NCBI RefSeq assembly: GCF_947568905.1
Contig: NC_079170.1
Coordinates: 53,506,001-53,570,000, forward strand
Reading direction: 5' to 3'
DNA length: 64,000 bases
Origin: Ostrea edulis
Lineage: Eukaryota
Numbering within the stretch: position 1 is the stretch's first letter; every line of letters starts with the position of its first letter. The notes below the pieces were generated by a model. That model ran no database searches, was not told the DNA's origin, and saw nothing but the letters and a program-made list of their open reading frames with translations. Position numbers and translations under genes: made by a program. Below, piece after piece: positions 1 to 13,555 of this stretch.

Positions 1-739
1 ATGAAATCTATAAGCAGAGTATTGACATAAAGTTTGTTTACAGGAAAAAAAGTCAAATCCATGTAATCGAAAAGTAACACCGCTAGCCTAGAAAAATTGA
101 GAGCGGGCGTTTTCAAATATGTAGGCATAAATATGACTTCTTATGTGATCAAAATATCGCAGGATTGATCGCCCGATTGTCCGTTTCACTGCTTGATCGT
201 AGTTCGTAAAGTAGATGTAAATGTGAAAGTAGCACGAACACATACGACCGTTTCACTAAAAAGTTACGACTACAAAAGTACATGTATTTACCTGACTGAG
301 TTTGTTGACAATATGTGGAAGAAGAAAACAATCATTACTTGCAGTCTGCATTTGCACACGAATAATGTGCAGTCCGAGCCCGAATTTGAAATATATTAGA
401 GTTATCCTTCTTTGCTACATGTACGCACACAGTCGACAAAATAAATAAAGGCATTGAATTTAATAAAATTATCGCTTCAGTCACTCTTACATTTCTACTT
501 TCATTCATTACTACTTTTAGAAAGAGGGAGGCGACGGGGTCAATACATCAAAATTTGTATGCACATGTATGTAATAACGAAAATAAGTTTCTTTTTAATA
601 AAGGGGGGGGGGGGTGTTTGCCTGCGTCAGCATTAGTGATCATAAACTAGACGTTTTAGACACTGACTATGTTGTTTAAGTCATTTATTTTTTATATTTT
701 TTTGTTACCTCTACGCAAAAGAGTTCCTTGTTGCTATAG

Positions 740-905
740 CAATTTAAGATTCTAGACTTAGACTTAAGTTAAGACAATCTTAGTTAAGATTTGCTTAAGT
801 TCGTTTTGTGATCCATTTAAGTCAGCAATCTTAGCTAAGTTCAAATCTTAATTTAAAGTCAAAATTTTGACTTAACTTTAAGACAGTTTGATGATCCCGG
901 AGCCA
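740..905. mobile_element. Palindrome-rich MITE-like remnant
   Basis: Nested short inverted repeats such as ttaaagtcaaaattttgacttaa and many cttaag/ttaag motifs; only one plausible terminus seen (gatcccggagcc). Confidence 0.3.
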
Positions 906-1032
906 GTGGATTATTTTCTTACGAAATAGAATTAAGAACTCAACAATCAAGACTCAAAACCAAGTTACTAAGCTGTGTTTAATTGATAATGGTGACATAA
1001 GATAGATCTAAAGTCTCCTTATTCTATTATCA

Positions 1033-3835
1033 TTATACTTTGTAATGTAGAACATCAGTTTTCATGGGCATTGAAATATACTCTTTCTCTCTAGATTCTG
1101 GATGGTTTTCATAAAATTTGTTGATTTCAGTCAATGCTCTCTTTTTCTCAGTCTCCTCTAAGGATTGAATGAAACTAAGTGTAGATGCCAGGTGTACTAC
1201 TTCCTCGATGGAGCCCTATAAATATAATTCCGTATATGTGAGAAGTTTTTCAGACCATATAAGAATTACTGCAATATTTAAATAGATACTGTATTTCCCA
1301 TTGACACAATAGATCGACAACTTTACCCCTAATTGAACTCCGCCTAACTGTTTTCTTGACACCAAGCGGACCTGATTACATCTATCCAAAAAATCCTTCC
1401 ACGCTCCGTCAAAATACTGTGGCGTATCCTTTACCCATTTCAATATCAGATTTCGAAAATCAGAGTTTAAGAGAGAGCTCTGGTCTTTAATGTTCCAGAT
1501 GAGAACTGTGAGTTTAAAAATATTTCATATTAGAACATCATTTCAACACCATATATATCATCTTTAAAACTGATTTGCATATCATCTGTTTTTCCATACT
1601 GACCAAAATTTCCTCCCGGTTTCAATACTCGTGTAATTTCTGTAATAGCTTCTGGTTTTGCGAACCAGTGAAAACACTGTGCAGCGATTATCGCCTGAAA
1701 AAATAGTAGGAAATGGTGAAGACGTTGTAAGTTGTCTGAACATTCATGTAATATAATATGTTAAAATCAAATCGCAGGGGGGAAAATGTATCCATGCATG
1801 CATTTAAATATTTAGACAGCAGTTAATAGATCGAACTTTCAAGCTACTTGATTTATGAATACAAAGATGGATTCTGTGTGCACCAAAGAATTCTGATACT
1901 TATGAAAAAGGTGAAAATAACGAACAGTCATCAATCGCAAGGATCCGACAAAGATAGGACTAACATTGACCCCTGGAAACACTAGAGGTGGGACCATGGA
2001 GGAGTAAGCATCCCCTGTCGAGTTTTTCCTTTTCACATTTAGTCCACCGTTTGGCATAATCTTTGTCAAAAATTCATAATAGAAATGAATTTCTGTCGTC
2101 AATTAAAAGACAGGGGCTCTTTAGAATTTCGAACCTTTTAGATTGAGTGATTTCAGGTCGACAATTTAAAATTATATTTACAACACCAGTAATGACATGT
2201 CCAGCTGGATTGTTGTTAAAAGAAGAACGTGTAGGAGGGCTTTGTTGAAGTTATATCTAGGCACAGTAAAGTTTGTTTGTAATCAATGTTTGGATGAATA
2301 GTAGAAGTATATTTTTAGGAAATACAGAGTGTAGACTTTAACTTGAAATATGATGGGATACAAAACTGGTTTTATTTTTACGCCATTTATTCGTAAATAT
2401 ATACATGTATCAATAAAGCCTTTATTTCTGTGATGACATTCCATGATTAATCAATTTGTCTATAATTTTGTAATTCTTTTATTACAAGGAAACGTTTTAA
2501 AATATTGATTAGACATTTGATTGTGAGGGCTGCAAATTACTTGAAGTTTCGGTACAGTAATCAGGAAATCGACATATGTACTTATTGCAGTTTTATATTT
2601 TAGCTAACCCATGATTGCGCTAAGATATGAAGCTCTCTTTTCATTACCGTACACGATGGTTTTGTCTGAGCTTACTGGAAAGGCCCGAGAAGTTTCTCGT
2701 GTACATGAATATTTCCATTCTATGTTCAACTTAGTAAATAGAACGTTATATCATATCTTTAATTTCACCTTTTCAAAATAAAATTATCTTGGGCCAATCA
2801 TTCCCCAAATATTTGTACTATATATAACTTAATGAAATTAAACGAAATTTCAAATTACATTGACGGAGTGATCGGTCACAGGAATGTTGTCGGCGCTGCA
2901 CTGTCTCGTATTCATATCGGGGAATTTCTTCTCCAATGTTTTGAGGAAATTTTCCGATGGTTCTGTTAGCAAGACTTTCAGCTCCTATTGATATAAGTAC
3001 TACTATACAGTATTGCATAGTTGATTTAGTTTCCATCTGTTTCTACCATATGACAACACATTATTTCTAAATATACTCAGATAAAATGAATGATCCATTA
3101 AATGACAGGTGAAGATTACGAACAGGGATCAATCTCATAACTCCTACAAGCAATACAAAATTGTTATTTTTACAGTCCTAAAGATTAGGTTTTCTTTCTT
3201 TTCATTCATTATTGCAAAATCAATGATGTAAAAAGTGCCAACCAACATTTCTACACTTTAAATATTTTCCACGTATATTGTACCTGGGGAATATTCTTTA
3301 ACAAACACTGTGTGAATTTTCCCGTTCCTGCTCCCAGTTCTAGGATATCGTACTGACAATCTACATACAGAAATACTTCTCATGTCAAATATATACCTAC
3401 ATTATGTACATATACGTACATTGTTATACACAGTTAAAAAAATATTTAAAGTAAATTTACCCGAGTTATCCAAAGCATATTTACTAACACAAAGCCGAAA
3501 GCTTGACTTTTTGTAGAATAACTTGCCTCCTAAAGACTTTATCGAGTCTGTTGCCATAGAGATGACTTCTTTGACTGCCTCATCTGTGTATCCAGGGCGA
3601 TGCGCCTCGTAGTTACCTCCCTGGATGTTAATAAACATTTGTTTTTATCACAGGGAGTCTTTGTACTCCACATTATTTTTTTTTTTTTAAATAAGACAGT
3701 ATGATCTGAATCTTTTATGCCTTAACATTAAAATTAATGATAAATTAAAAATCATAAGGTGAGAAAATGTGTACGTACATCAACAAAACCAAATTTTGCC
3801 ACAGGTATAACATTGATATTTCTCTCGGATGACAT
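1033..3835 (-). CDS. Class I SAM-dependent methyltransferase (Methyltransf_11-like), 7 coding exons, about 268 aa
   Basis: Exons (minus): 3835-3779, 3620-3527 (or 3620-3461), 3360-3284, 2984-2859, 1694-1604, 1505-1327, 1215-1033. All phases are consistent. Translation contains IPVAKFGF, NYEAHRPGY, motif I ILELGAGTGKFT, LLTEPSENF, AIIAAQCFHWF and TRVLKPGGNFVLIWN; stop TAA at 1035-1033. Confidence 0.9.
1895..2020 (+). repeat. Dispersed repeat family B (fragment)
   Basis: aggtgaaaataacgaacag...ccctggaaacactagaggtggga...ggaggagtaagcatcccctgtcg. Related pieces occur at 3100-3170, 5212-5355 (reverse) and 11648-11698 (reverse). Confidence 0.6.
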
Positions 3836-4278
3836 CGTTGTCTGTACAGGTACTAAAAAATTACACCTGGGATAGGTTAATATTTAGTACACAAAAACGA
3901 ATCGCAGTGGCTTCACAGGTAAAATCAATGATAAGCCAGCATGTAGGCCAGACCTTCGTCGACAAAGATTTACGGAATACTACATAGGTAAATCCACTTG
4001 TAAATGCTGTCCGAAATGAATAATCAAGTATGCATCGATTCAAAGTATTAAAGTGATTTTCTATCCAATAAACACAAAAGGAAAACCCTTACAAAAATAT
4101 AAATTCACAAATAAGCAAGACAACTTACAAAGACCAGATGACAAATACACCTATACTGCTGAGCACAATGAAATACCTCCGCTCGTCTTATGAGTTCGCG
4201 AGAAAAGAGAGAGATTACGTCGTGAGTTCCCGTAGGACAACGAGTCCGACCGGGAATGGTGCCCCAGCCCCTGGAATT

Positions 4279-4543
4279 CCGTGGAGATCCGGGTTAGAAT
4301 AGATCCTAGTATCCCTTGCTTGTTGTAAGAGACGACTAGATGGGGCACTCCTTCGAATGAGACTGAAAAACCGAGGTCCCGTGTCATATTAGGCGTGACA
4401 CAATAAAGATATCTCCCTGCTGAAGGGCTGTAAGCGCCGAGCAAAGGCCTAAATATTTTGCAGTTCTTCACCGGCCATGGTGACATCTCCATATGAGTGA
4501 AAGATTATCGAGCGAGACGTTAAACAATATACAAACAAACAAC
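4279..4543 (+). mobile_element. SINE-like family A, copy 1
   Basis: ccgtggagatccgggttagaatag...gacgttaaacaatatacaaacaaacaacc; collinear with four other copies; short simple-repeat tail. Confidence 0.8.
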
Positions 4544-5211
4544 CAGGCCCCTGGAGGAACCAACCAAGCCAAACTGACTAAACAATTCATGCCCATGCTG
4601 ATCGAACACTACGACACCTTGCCCTGAATCTTGTCCCACATCAGGAAAGGCCTCTCCTCGGGACGACATTCTACAAACTGAGATATGGCCTCAGGATTTC
4701 TCACAACACAAGTACTACACACTGTGTCAACTGGAAGAATGACACACAACTGACAACAACCAGAAACAGCTGCTTGATTATCCAAGGTGACAAACCGGCA
4801 ACAGCTACCTCCTGAGCAGGCACAGTGGTCTTCACTAGACCGAAAACTCGGAAGCACCAACCCCTGTGCTTACCCTTCCCAGACAACGAACCCCCACATA
4901 ACTAGGTCCACTTTGAACCTTATCACCGATACAGCTTTTGTATTTGTATGCTTAACCAATGGAGATCGCAACTTTGAGCTATCTTGACCTGTCAGACTAG
5001 TGAGGAACCATAAAACATCTCCCTTTCGACATTGTTCATAGACTAAAGATACTTAACATCCATAAGAACGTTATGAGGCCTATGAAGTACTGTGGGACAT
5101 GTACTTTGCCCCAATTGCACGTCACTCGTCTGGAACATTAACAAATGCGACACATCGACACCTGAATGATCCTGAAAGAGATTTTGACTACGTACGGATT
5201 ACTCCGTTTTC

Positions 5212-5355
5212 CTGATCAAGACATGGGGCTCACGGCGGGTGTGACCGCTCGACAGGAGATGCTTACTTCTCCTAGGCACTTGACCCCACCTCTGGTATAT
5301 CCAGGGGTCCGTGCTTTCCCAATTCTTAAATTTGTATTCATTATAGGTTGGTTAG
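5212..5355 (-). repeat. Dispersed repeat family B (reverse copy)
   Basis: cgacaggagatgcttacttctcctagg...cccacctctggtatatccaggggtccgtg is the reverse complement of the 1975-2020 motif. Confidence 0.6.
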
Positions 5356-5591
5356 TCATGTAGCTTGAGAATATTTCACTTATATGACTAAGTGATATAC
5401 TTCCGGTAAGCATGGCCGCGCACATGGACAACGTGCAGAGGTAAAAAAAAAAAAACAACAACAAACAAACAAAAAACACCATCACGGTACCTACCTCAAC
5501 CCCGTATTATTTATCATAGCAAATTGATTTAAAAAGATATAAAGTTTTTCTGAACAATAGTAAATTACGCAACTTTAACTCAAAATACAAA

Positions 5592-7351
5592 ATGCCGAGC
5601 ACACGAACGAACAGGGGTACTGCTCCGGCTAAATACAGTAAATGCATTTTTGGGTCAGAAATTGATGAAATAGTTGATGAGAACGAAACTTCTCCAAAAG
5701 TACACCTACAATGTGATGGCAAGATTAACAATTTCATATAGCTTGTGATTTAATACCCGCATGGAAAAGAGCAGTTCTTGATTTTTTCAGCGAGAAAAAA
5801 CCAACGACGACGACGAGTGATATTTGCTGCGGTATCAAAGTTCTATTTGAGTATGAAGGCTCAGACAACAACTCGGTGAACATAAACTTCTACCAATCAG
5901 GTTCAGTGGTAATCCAGGGAACAAAATGTGCTCAATTTAAAAACAACTAGTTTACCTCCCTTAATCAGCTAGCAAAGAGCCTGCATGACGCTGAGGGTAC
6001 ACTAATTCCTGGATGTGATGATAACACGAGTGATACAAATGAGACAAATTTAGAGCAATCAGATATTGAAGAATCAAAAGACCCAGAGGTCATAGTTACC
6101 AATATCACAAATATTACACACAATGCTGCAATACAGAAAATGGATGCTGGCTGCAACACAGAGCAACGTGTCCCTACAGTAGAATGTGAAAGTATTGCAC
6201 TCAGGAAACATGTGGATACCCAAGTGATAACATTCATGTCCAAAATGGAGACCCATTTCACAGCTGCAATTGAAAGGATATTCACTCAACAATCAGCAAT
6301 ATTAACAACAAAACTTGAAACAATGCAGAAGCTGCACAATCAAAGCATCCAAGCCAATGATGTGAATTTCACAAAACTACTGGAAAAATTTGATGAACTT
6401 ATGAACAAGACGACAGATCTTGAAAAAGAAAACACAGAACTCAAAACCAAAATGAACAGTCTAAACCACATGTTGACACTTGAAAAAGAGGTATTAAAGT
6501 CAAACCTAGAAGCAAAGTGTTCTTCCCTACAACACCAGAATGGCACTTTATCTGAGAAAATGAGAAAGTATACAGAAGAGCTAGAAAAAACTACAAAGGT
6601 TGTGGCAGATAGATCAGCCTAGATAGACTAACTAGAGACAAAAATTACAACAATGAAGGCACATCTGGATAAGAAAGATGAAAACATTGCGAGTTTAAAG
6701 TTACACAACTGCCGTGACGATAACAGCGGTTCCTTCCAGTTAGCACCAAACACAAAAACAACTCACCACAACCAAGGAAAACTTCATGTCACATTGATTG
6801 TAACTTCCAATGTAAAAGGAATAAATCCAAACAAGCTTTCTTCCCAGTACAGTGTGAACAAAATAACTGCCTATACCTTAGAAGAAACGGAAAAAGAAAT
6901 CAGAAATTTAGCAGAGACTCCAGACCTCATTGCATTACACTCGCTAACAAATGATTTAAGAAATAAATCTCCCAACACATGCGTAGAAGAGGTGTCAGGT
7001 ATTTGGAAATTAATCCATGACCATTTACCACTTAAAAAGATTGTGATCTCTCTCCCGACCCCAAGGAAGGACTCGGATGACTACAATACCAGAGGTCAGA
7101 TAGCCACTGCCCTGCTGAAACAGAGACTAAAGGATGGCAGTCTTGTTATATTTTGTGACAACAGCAACATGGCACACAAGGGAGAAGTGATACCAAGATA
7201 CGTTGACGCTAAGGATGGATGCCATCTTTCATATCAAGGTACAGCAGTGCTCGCTTCTAGCATCCGCAGCTCAATTGATAGGGCTTTGAATTTATCCAAT
7301 CGGTCTACAAAACGCCAAGGAAGAGGCTACCATAATGCTAACAAGGGTTGA
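5592..7351 (+). pseudogene. LINE ORF1: coiled coil plus SGNH/GDSL-like esterase domain, interrupted
   Basis: ATG at 5592; VNINFYQSGSVVIQG near 5880; coiled coil in 6140-6622; LIVTSNVKGI, LIALHSLTNDL and DGCHL in 6653-7351 match SGNH blocks I, III and V; stops and frameshifts between segments. Confidence 0.7.
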
Positions 7352-7693
7352 GGAGGTAGACGTGAACGTGCACATGATTTCCAGTTCCATCAGTAACTCC
7401 GATATACAAAATCCTGAGTACAAGATTAAACTTTTTTCTTTCTTTTTTCTACCTCAACAAACTGTTACAAATTGCCAAGTGATAAGTCTAGTCACTCTTG
7501 TGTTTTTCAATTTATTGAATAGCAGCTTGATCAACAGTCAAGTCTGTTAAACAACCACCTTAGTTGTATAGTTAACTGTTTCGTTGTGATAGTTTGTACA
7601 GAAATCCAATATTTGTCCAACCAATTATCGTGGTGATAAATGATACAGTTTGCACTTGATAACTGTTCCTACAACCTGCATTATACAGTTCAC

Positions 7694-10600
7694 ATGAGAA
7701 CCAGTTTAAATATTTGTAGTTGGAATGTCGGGGGTCGGTTATCTGAACATTATGACAAGAGAGTTTTGGGGAGAATTTAATAACTTTGAATTAGTTCTCT
7801 TAACAGAAAACACGTGTGGGCTATGAACACAAAATCCAATTCCAAGATTTTCACTACTATCCATTTTGTCGTCAACAGTTGAGGAACAATCGATATTTTG
7901 GAGGTCTTGGCATTCTGATACGTAAAGACATTAAAAAGGGACTTAAAATTCTCAATGATGGCACTTCAGAATATCAGTGGATAAAATTGTGCAAGGATTT
8001 CTTTGACTTTAAGAGGGATATATACCTATGCATTATATAGTATGCTCCAAAAAGCAATACTGACCTATTAGAATTGCTGGAAAAGAATAGTTTAGAGAAA
8101 TATAAAAATTTAGGGGATATTGTTTTGACTGGTGATTTTAATGCCAGAACAGGTTCAGATGATGAATATATAGCAGGAGACAGTAACCTTCACATTCCAG
8201 TAAACCATAATAACTACAATGTTGAATTAGCAATTGAACAGAGAGTTAGCCAAGATAATGCTGTTGATCTTAGAGGCAAAGACTTGTTAGAATTTTGTAT
8301 ATGTAACCAAATACGTATTTTAAATGGAAGATGTTTTGGTGATAGTTCGGATAATTTTACTTGTTTCTAACCTAATGGTTGTAGTCTAGTTGATTATGTG
8401 CTTGTCTCACAAGATTTATTTCATGATATTCTATATATGGGTGTGTCAGATTTTAAAGCAATTTTTTCTGATTGCCACTGTAAACTCTCTTTCAAGATTT
8501 TAGCACCTTTTGATAATAACAGTAGGAACAATGTGTCTTGTTTACATGATTTCCCTTTAAGATATATGTGGAATATAAACAGTGCATTAAATGTTCAAGA
8601 AACTTTGGCACACCCTGTAATTCAAAAGGAAATGAGACAGTTCTTAGATGAAGAAATCACTTTAGACAGTTTGGGAATAAATAATGCCACTAACAAAGTT
8701 CACATGATTTATTAAAAAGTTTGTATATTCTCACTAAAGAAAAAGAAGTCTAAAATGCTAAACAAGAAATGGTTTGATCAAGACCTAATGAAAATTAAAA
8801 TGAAAAAAAGCACTAACTCTATCTCATTTCCCTAAAGATCTGATAGTGCGAGGTTCTTATTTCAAAATGAATAAACAATATTCAAAACTAAGAAAACTGA
8901 AGAGAAAAGAATTTAAACAAAACATTTTAAACCAGCTTGATGAATTTGAGTCTAACAATCCTAAAGAGTATTAGTAAACCAGCTGCGAAATGAAAAGATA
9001 GGTGATCAAAACTGTATTGAGGGTGATACATGGTTCCAATATTTTTCAGATCTTACTTCTGTCTCAGACAATATACGGAAAAAACTAGATACTCTTGAGG
9101 AAAAGCTAAAGTAATGGAACATAATAATTTCAGTTTTTTCCCTGATAGACAAGAAAATTACAAAAGCAGAATTACAAGAAGCATTTTCTAAACTTAAATC
9201 CAAGAAAGCTCCTGGATTAGATAATATTTCTAATGAAATACTTAAAGCATCACAGCACTTCATCAATCCTTTTTTGCTGAATCTTTTTAATGCTGTGTTT
9301 ACAGCTGGAGAATACCCCTCAAAATGGTCAGAAAGCTTTATTTGTCTTCTTTTCAAATCTGAAGATCCAAAATAAGCCAGAAAATTACAGAGGCATAGCT
9401 ATTAACAACAGTATTGGAAAAGTGTTTAACTTAATAATGCACCACAGACTTGACAACTTCTTGCTGGAGAATGATATCATTCATAAATCACAGATAGGTT
9501 TCTCTAAGAAATCTCGCATTTCAGATGATATTTGTGTGTTGAAATGTTTGATTAACAAATATCTAAAGGCTGGTGATAAGAAATTATATGCCTGCTTTGT
9601 TGATTTTCGCAAGGCATTTGATAAAGTCATTCATGTTGGCATTATGTATAAACTACAATCATATGATATCAGCGGGTATTTTTACAGAATTCTTAAATCT
9701 ATGTATAAAAACGACCGATTGTGTGTGAAAATAAATGATAAAAGGACAGATTTTTTCACATCTAGGTTTGGAGTTAGACAAAGTGATGTCCTTAGCCCAT
9801 CTTTATTTAAACTCTTTATAAATGACCTCCCAAGTATTCTAGATGACAGTTCTGTTCCTGTTACTCTAGATAATGAAAAGATTTCATTCTGTATGCCGAT
9901 GACCTTGTACTATTATCCAATACCAAGTCAGATCTCCAACATAAACTAAATATCCTTCATGATTACTGTAGTGAATGGTGTCTAGAAGTAAACATTAAAA
10001 AAAAAACAAAAGCAATAATTTTCAACAACTCGGGTAGACTACTAAAGGAAAAATTTTGTCTTGATAATGATACTATAGAATGTGTAAAACACTACAAATA
10101 TTTGGGTTTAACTCTTGAAAGCAATGGAACGTTTATTGAAGCAAAGAAACAGTTATATCAAAAACGCTTAAAGGCATGCTTCAAATTTTACAGAGATGTA
10201 AAAACTGCTAATCCCTCTATAAAAAGTTTTTTTTACATATATTTGATCATTGTATTAAACCCATAGTATTGTATGGTTGTGAGAACTGGAGCATTATTAA
10301 TGTTACCCCAAAAAGAAGAAACCTCGCACTTTTTTATATATTCAAAGAGGGGGAGGTGGAAAAGCTAAATATGAAATTCTGTAAATATATTATGGCGGTG
10401 TCTAAAACTTGTACAAATATAGGGATCTATTCTGAACTGGACAGGTACCTATTATATATTGATATGCTAAAGCAAACATTTATGTACTGGTATAGACTAG
10501 AACACTCAACTTCAAACCTATTACAGACTGCTTTCAATGAGTGCAGGTCTAACACCATTAACAGTGACTGGTATTCTAGTATATCATTCTACAGTGAAAA

Positions 10601-11177
10601 ACTAAATATCAATTTGCCCCACTGCAAAAAATTATGTGAAAATAAATTTAAATTGTACATAAAAAAGCAACTGCGTAACAATTTCTCAAACTTTTGGGAA
10701 AATATCTGTACCAGTTATATGCAAGGATTTGGAAAATTAAGTACATACTTCCAGTACAAAAGGTTGTTCAATTTCGAAAAATACCTGAATTTAAAAACTC
10801 GAGACAATCGGGTAATTCTCACTAAATTCAGAATTAGTAATCATTATCTACGGATAGAAACAGGCAGATATGAAAGAAAAATTGATAACCATGGTAAATA
10901 TGAAATTCTTCCTAGATGTGAAAGAGTCTGTCAACACTGTATCTCAAGTTCAACAGAGGATGAATTGCATTTTCTACTTGAATGTCCACTATATAATAAT
11001 CCTAGAGGAGAATTTTTTAATAAGATATTTAAAACCTTTCCAAACCTAGTACTGCTTAACAATACTGATCTGTTTACATGGATTATGTCAAATGAAGATC
11101 CTGAGTTTGCTGTTTTATTATGCCAATATTTAATTGTGAATTTCAATACAAGAAAACGACATACATGTACAATATAG
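7694..11177 (+). pseudogene. LINE ORF2: AP endonuclease, reverse transcriptase and C-terminal cysteine motif, frameshifted
   Basis: MRTSLNICSWNV at 7694; GDFNARTG; NYRGIAINNSIGKVF; LYACFVDFRKAFD; GVRQSDVLSPSLF; YADD at 9892-9903 after a frameshift; LRIETGRY...CQHC...EDELHFLLECPLY. Confidence 0.9.
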
Positions 11178-11422
11178 TTATGTGCATGTATAAGATGCAA
11201 GTTGATAACTGCAACATAGTTACTATGCTTGTACTATATGAATATGTGTTTTGTGTGTTTATTATGCATTGATAGATGTGATGGCTAACTCTCTGTTCAT
11301 CATGCAGTGCAGTTGTCTTTGTTTTCCTTTGGCATGTGCTTCTGTGATTTTGGACTTTGTCAATGTACATCATTATGCTCCTCTTGATGCCCAAATTGGT
11401 TGAATAAATATTCTAATTCTAA

Positions 11423-11632
11423 ATGGAGACATCACCATTGCCGGTGAAGGACTGCAAGTTTAGGCCTATGCTCGGCGCTTACGGCCTTTGAGCAGGGATC
11501 GAGGGATCTTTATCGTATCACACCTACTGTGACACGGGGCCTTGGTTTTTGCGGTCTCATCCGAAGGACTGCCCCATTAAGTCCCCTCTTACAACAAGCA
11601 AGGGGTATTGAGGACCTATTCTAACCCGGATA
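11423..11632 (-). mobile_element. SINE-like family A, copy 2 (3'-truncated)
   Basis: atggagacatcaccattgccggtgaagg...gaggacctattctaacccggat is the reverse complement of copy 1; it abuts the LINE tail. Confidence 0.8.
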
Positions 11633-11699
11633 TATATGGGATTATTCCTTAGGGAGTTATGAGATTGGTCACTGTTCGTTATCTTCACCTTTTCATTGA

Positions 11700-12530
11700 T
11701 GACTCGGGAACCCGAAGGAAGAAGCGCATCCTGGGAGGACTGAGGTTGGTCATGGTCATTGATGTTCCCCTCCGCTTAGAACTACTCATAGGGCTAACAT
11801 AAAATGTGTTTCCCCAAGGCACCATCCCTTTAAAGCTGATGGCTCTTGTGTTGGCGCATCCTGATCCACCTCACCGAGACAAATAACCTGCTCGCCCAAT
11901 ATAACTGGCCGCGTTGGCTCAAAACAACACTCTACTTGACCTATACAGGCAAGCTCTCCCAACCTGGATTTATCAGTGAAATCTCCAAATCATTCCTGGG
12001 CTGAGGCCTGAGGAACAGTTACCTACATTCCCAGGACACTCCGCTTGCTGATGAGCCACAAAGAGTAACCTGTCGCGATCAACATGTCCAGCCACTCGCA
12101 ACATCTTATCGGTTATTTACTCTTCAGCTGTGCCAACTGGGTCTCTGCCCTTAGGATTCTCTCTTCCTGCGACAGTTTACTTCTCTCTGTCCCTAGTTTA
12201 AAGCTGCACTGCGACTACATGTGTGATTTTAGGTCGTACAACTGGGCTATCCCATGCTATCCCCTTACCTCCACAATACATTAGGATGGGTAGTAAACCC
12301 CTCGAATCAGTCATTCCGGTCAATTTTAAGTCTCCCTGTGGTCCTGTATTCCATTCTTGGGTGCCCGTCAAGTAACCCCACATGAAGTCGCCCCGAATTA
12401 CCCCTGCCAGCCTTTCATCCAGCATCTCTTACCGGGGTACCCGCCAAGCTCCCCGCCTTATCCCCGGGATGTACCCGTCACCTAGCCATGTCTGACTACC
12501 TCGAGGAGAATACAACGCCATTGCAATTTC
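11700..12530 (-). mobile_element. Decayed gag-like fragment (retroelement)
   Basis: Higher-GC segment. The minus strand gives ...LSQEERILRAETQLAQLKSK*PIRCCE / VAGHVDRD, a frameshifted CCHC-knuckle-like motif. Many stops. Confidence 0.3.
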
Positions 12531-12608
12531 TGTCTAACCACAAACCAGAATCAAGAAGACAGTGCATCAACTTATAATACTGATTAACCAATGAATTACT
12601 CCATTTTC

Positions 12609-12732
12609 CATTTTCAACATGTCCCCTGTCCCGAGTTTACATTAACTGGTCTTGGGAGCTGTCACAATAGGGGACCAGTTAAGAGAAAAGCAGGGTTGTG
12701 ATTTAAACCGGGACAGGGGCATGTTGAAAATG
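12609..12732. mobile_element. 124-bp hairpin MITE-like element
   Basis: cattttcaacatgtcccctgtcccg ... cgggacaggggcatgttgaaaatg terminal inverted repeat, with an inner aactggtc/gaccagtt pair. Confidence 0.6.
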
Positions 12733-13413
12733 AATTAATTGCAAGTAAGTTTTGATTTCCTTGTGGTGGTTTTGTGCATTGCTGTTAAATATTTGAAAAC
12801 AAGTTGCCTATTGCGTAAATCCAGGCACATCTGAGTCGAAACGTCGGTCGAAGCATAAATCGTCACCGACTCCGGCAATTACACGTTTTCCAGAATCAAA
12901 ATATGAATGCTTGCGAAGAGAAGTCGATGAAGGCTATGCTTCTCGACTTCTCTAAAGAGAATACGTGGGACATGTGTCCCGGACTACATTAACACCCACC
13001 CGTAATTTATTCAGATTGAACAGTTGTGAATTTTTCTTTTAAATTTGAAAGGTTATTCATTTTACCTTTCATTATCAAAATATATTCCATGTGCCTTTCC
13101 ATAATTTTATACTTTCAACACTTTTCTTTAAAATGCAAATAAATCGGGCTCGGTATGCTGTAAATATTTTACAAAATTGTATGTCAAGTTGCCGTTTTTG
13201 CGTTTAGGTTACCAGCTGTTAAACATTAATGTTTTGGGGAAAATCTAAGGTATCTGTACAATACACACTATTCTTATTTGTTATTCTTTTCATGCATTGA
13301 ATAGAAAAGTTGTTAACTATACCGTAATGATCTATGTCATTGAGTATGTTTGTGCACACAGAGTAAATTCGAAAGGTAACACACTAACCGGTCCTTGACG
13401 GTACGTAGAATCA

Positions 13414-13555
13414 CCGAAATTACCGCTAATCACTGAAATTACCAAAGAAATTACCGCTAATCACTGAAGTTACCAAAGAAATGATCGAAATTACCGCTAA
13501 TCACTGAAATTACCAAAGAAATTACCGCTAATCACTGAAATTACCGAAATCACTA
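13414..13555. repeat. About 31-bp minisatellite (gaaattaccgctaatcactgaaattaccaaa), about 4.5 copies
   Basis: Direct tandem copies visible in the sequence. Confidence 0.85.

Larger units (their letters stand above)
5400..11421 (+). mobile_element. Near full-length but decayed non-LTR retrotransposon, RTEX/CR1-like (esterase ORF1 plus APE-RT ORF2)
   Basis: Two disrupted ORFs (listed separately), followed by a 3' UTR ending in aataaa-tattctaattctaa at about 11405-11421. The 5' boundary is approximate. Confidence 0.85.

Noticed and set aside
4560-5160. Higher-GC segment with a Cys-rich minus-strand ORF (4609-4860)
   Set aside because: Could be a retroelement gag remnant or a 5' region of the methyltransferase gene; no motif I can assign.
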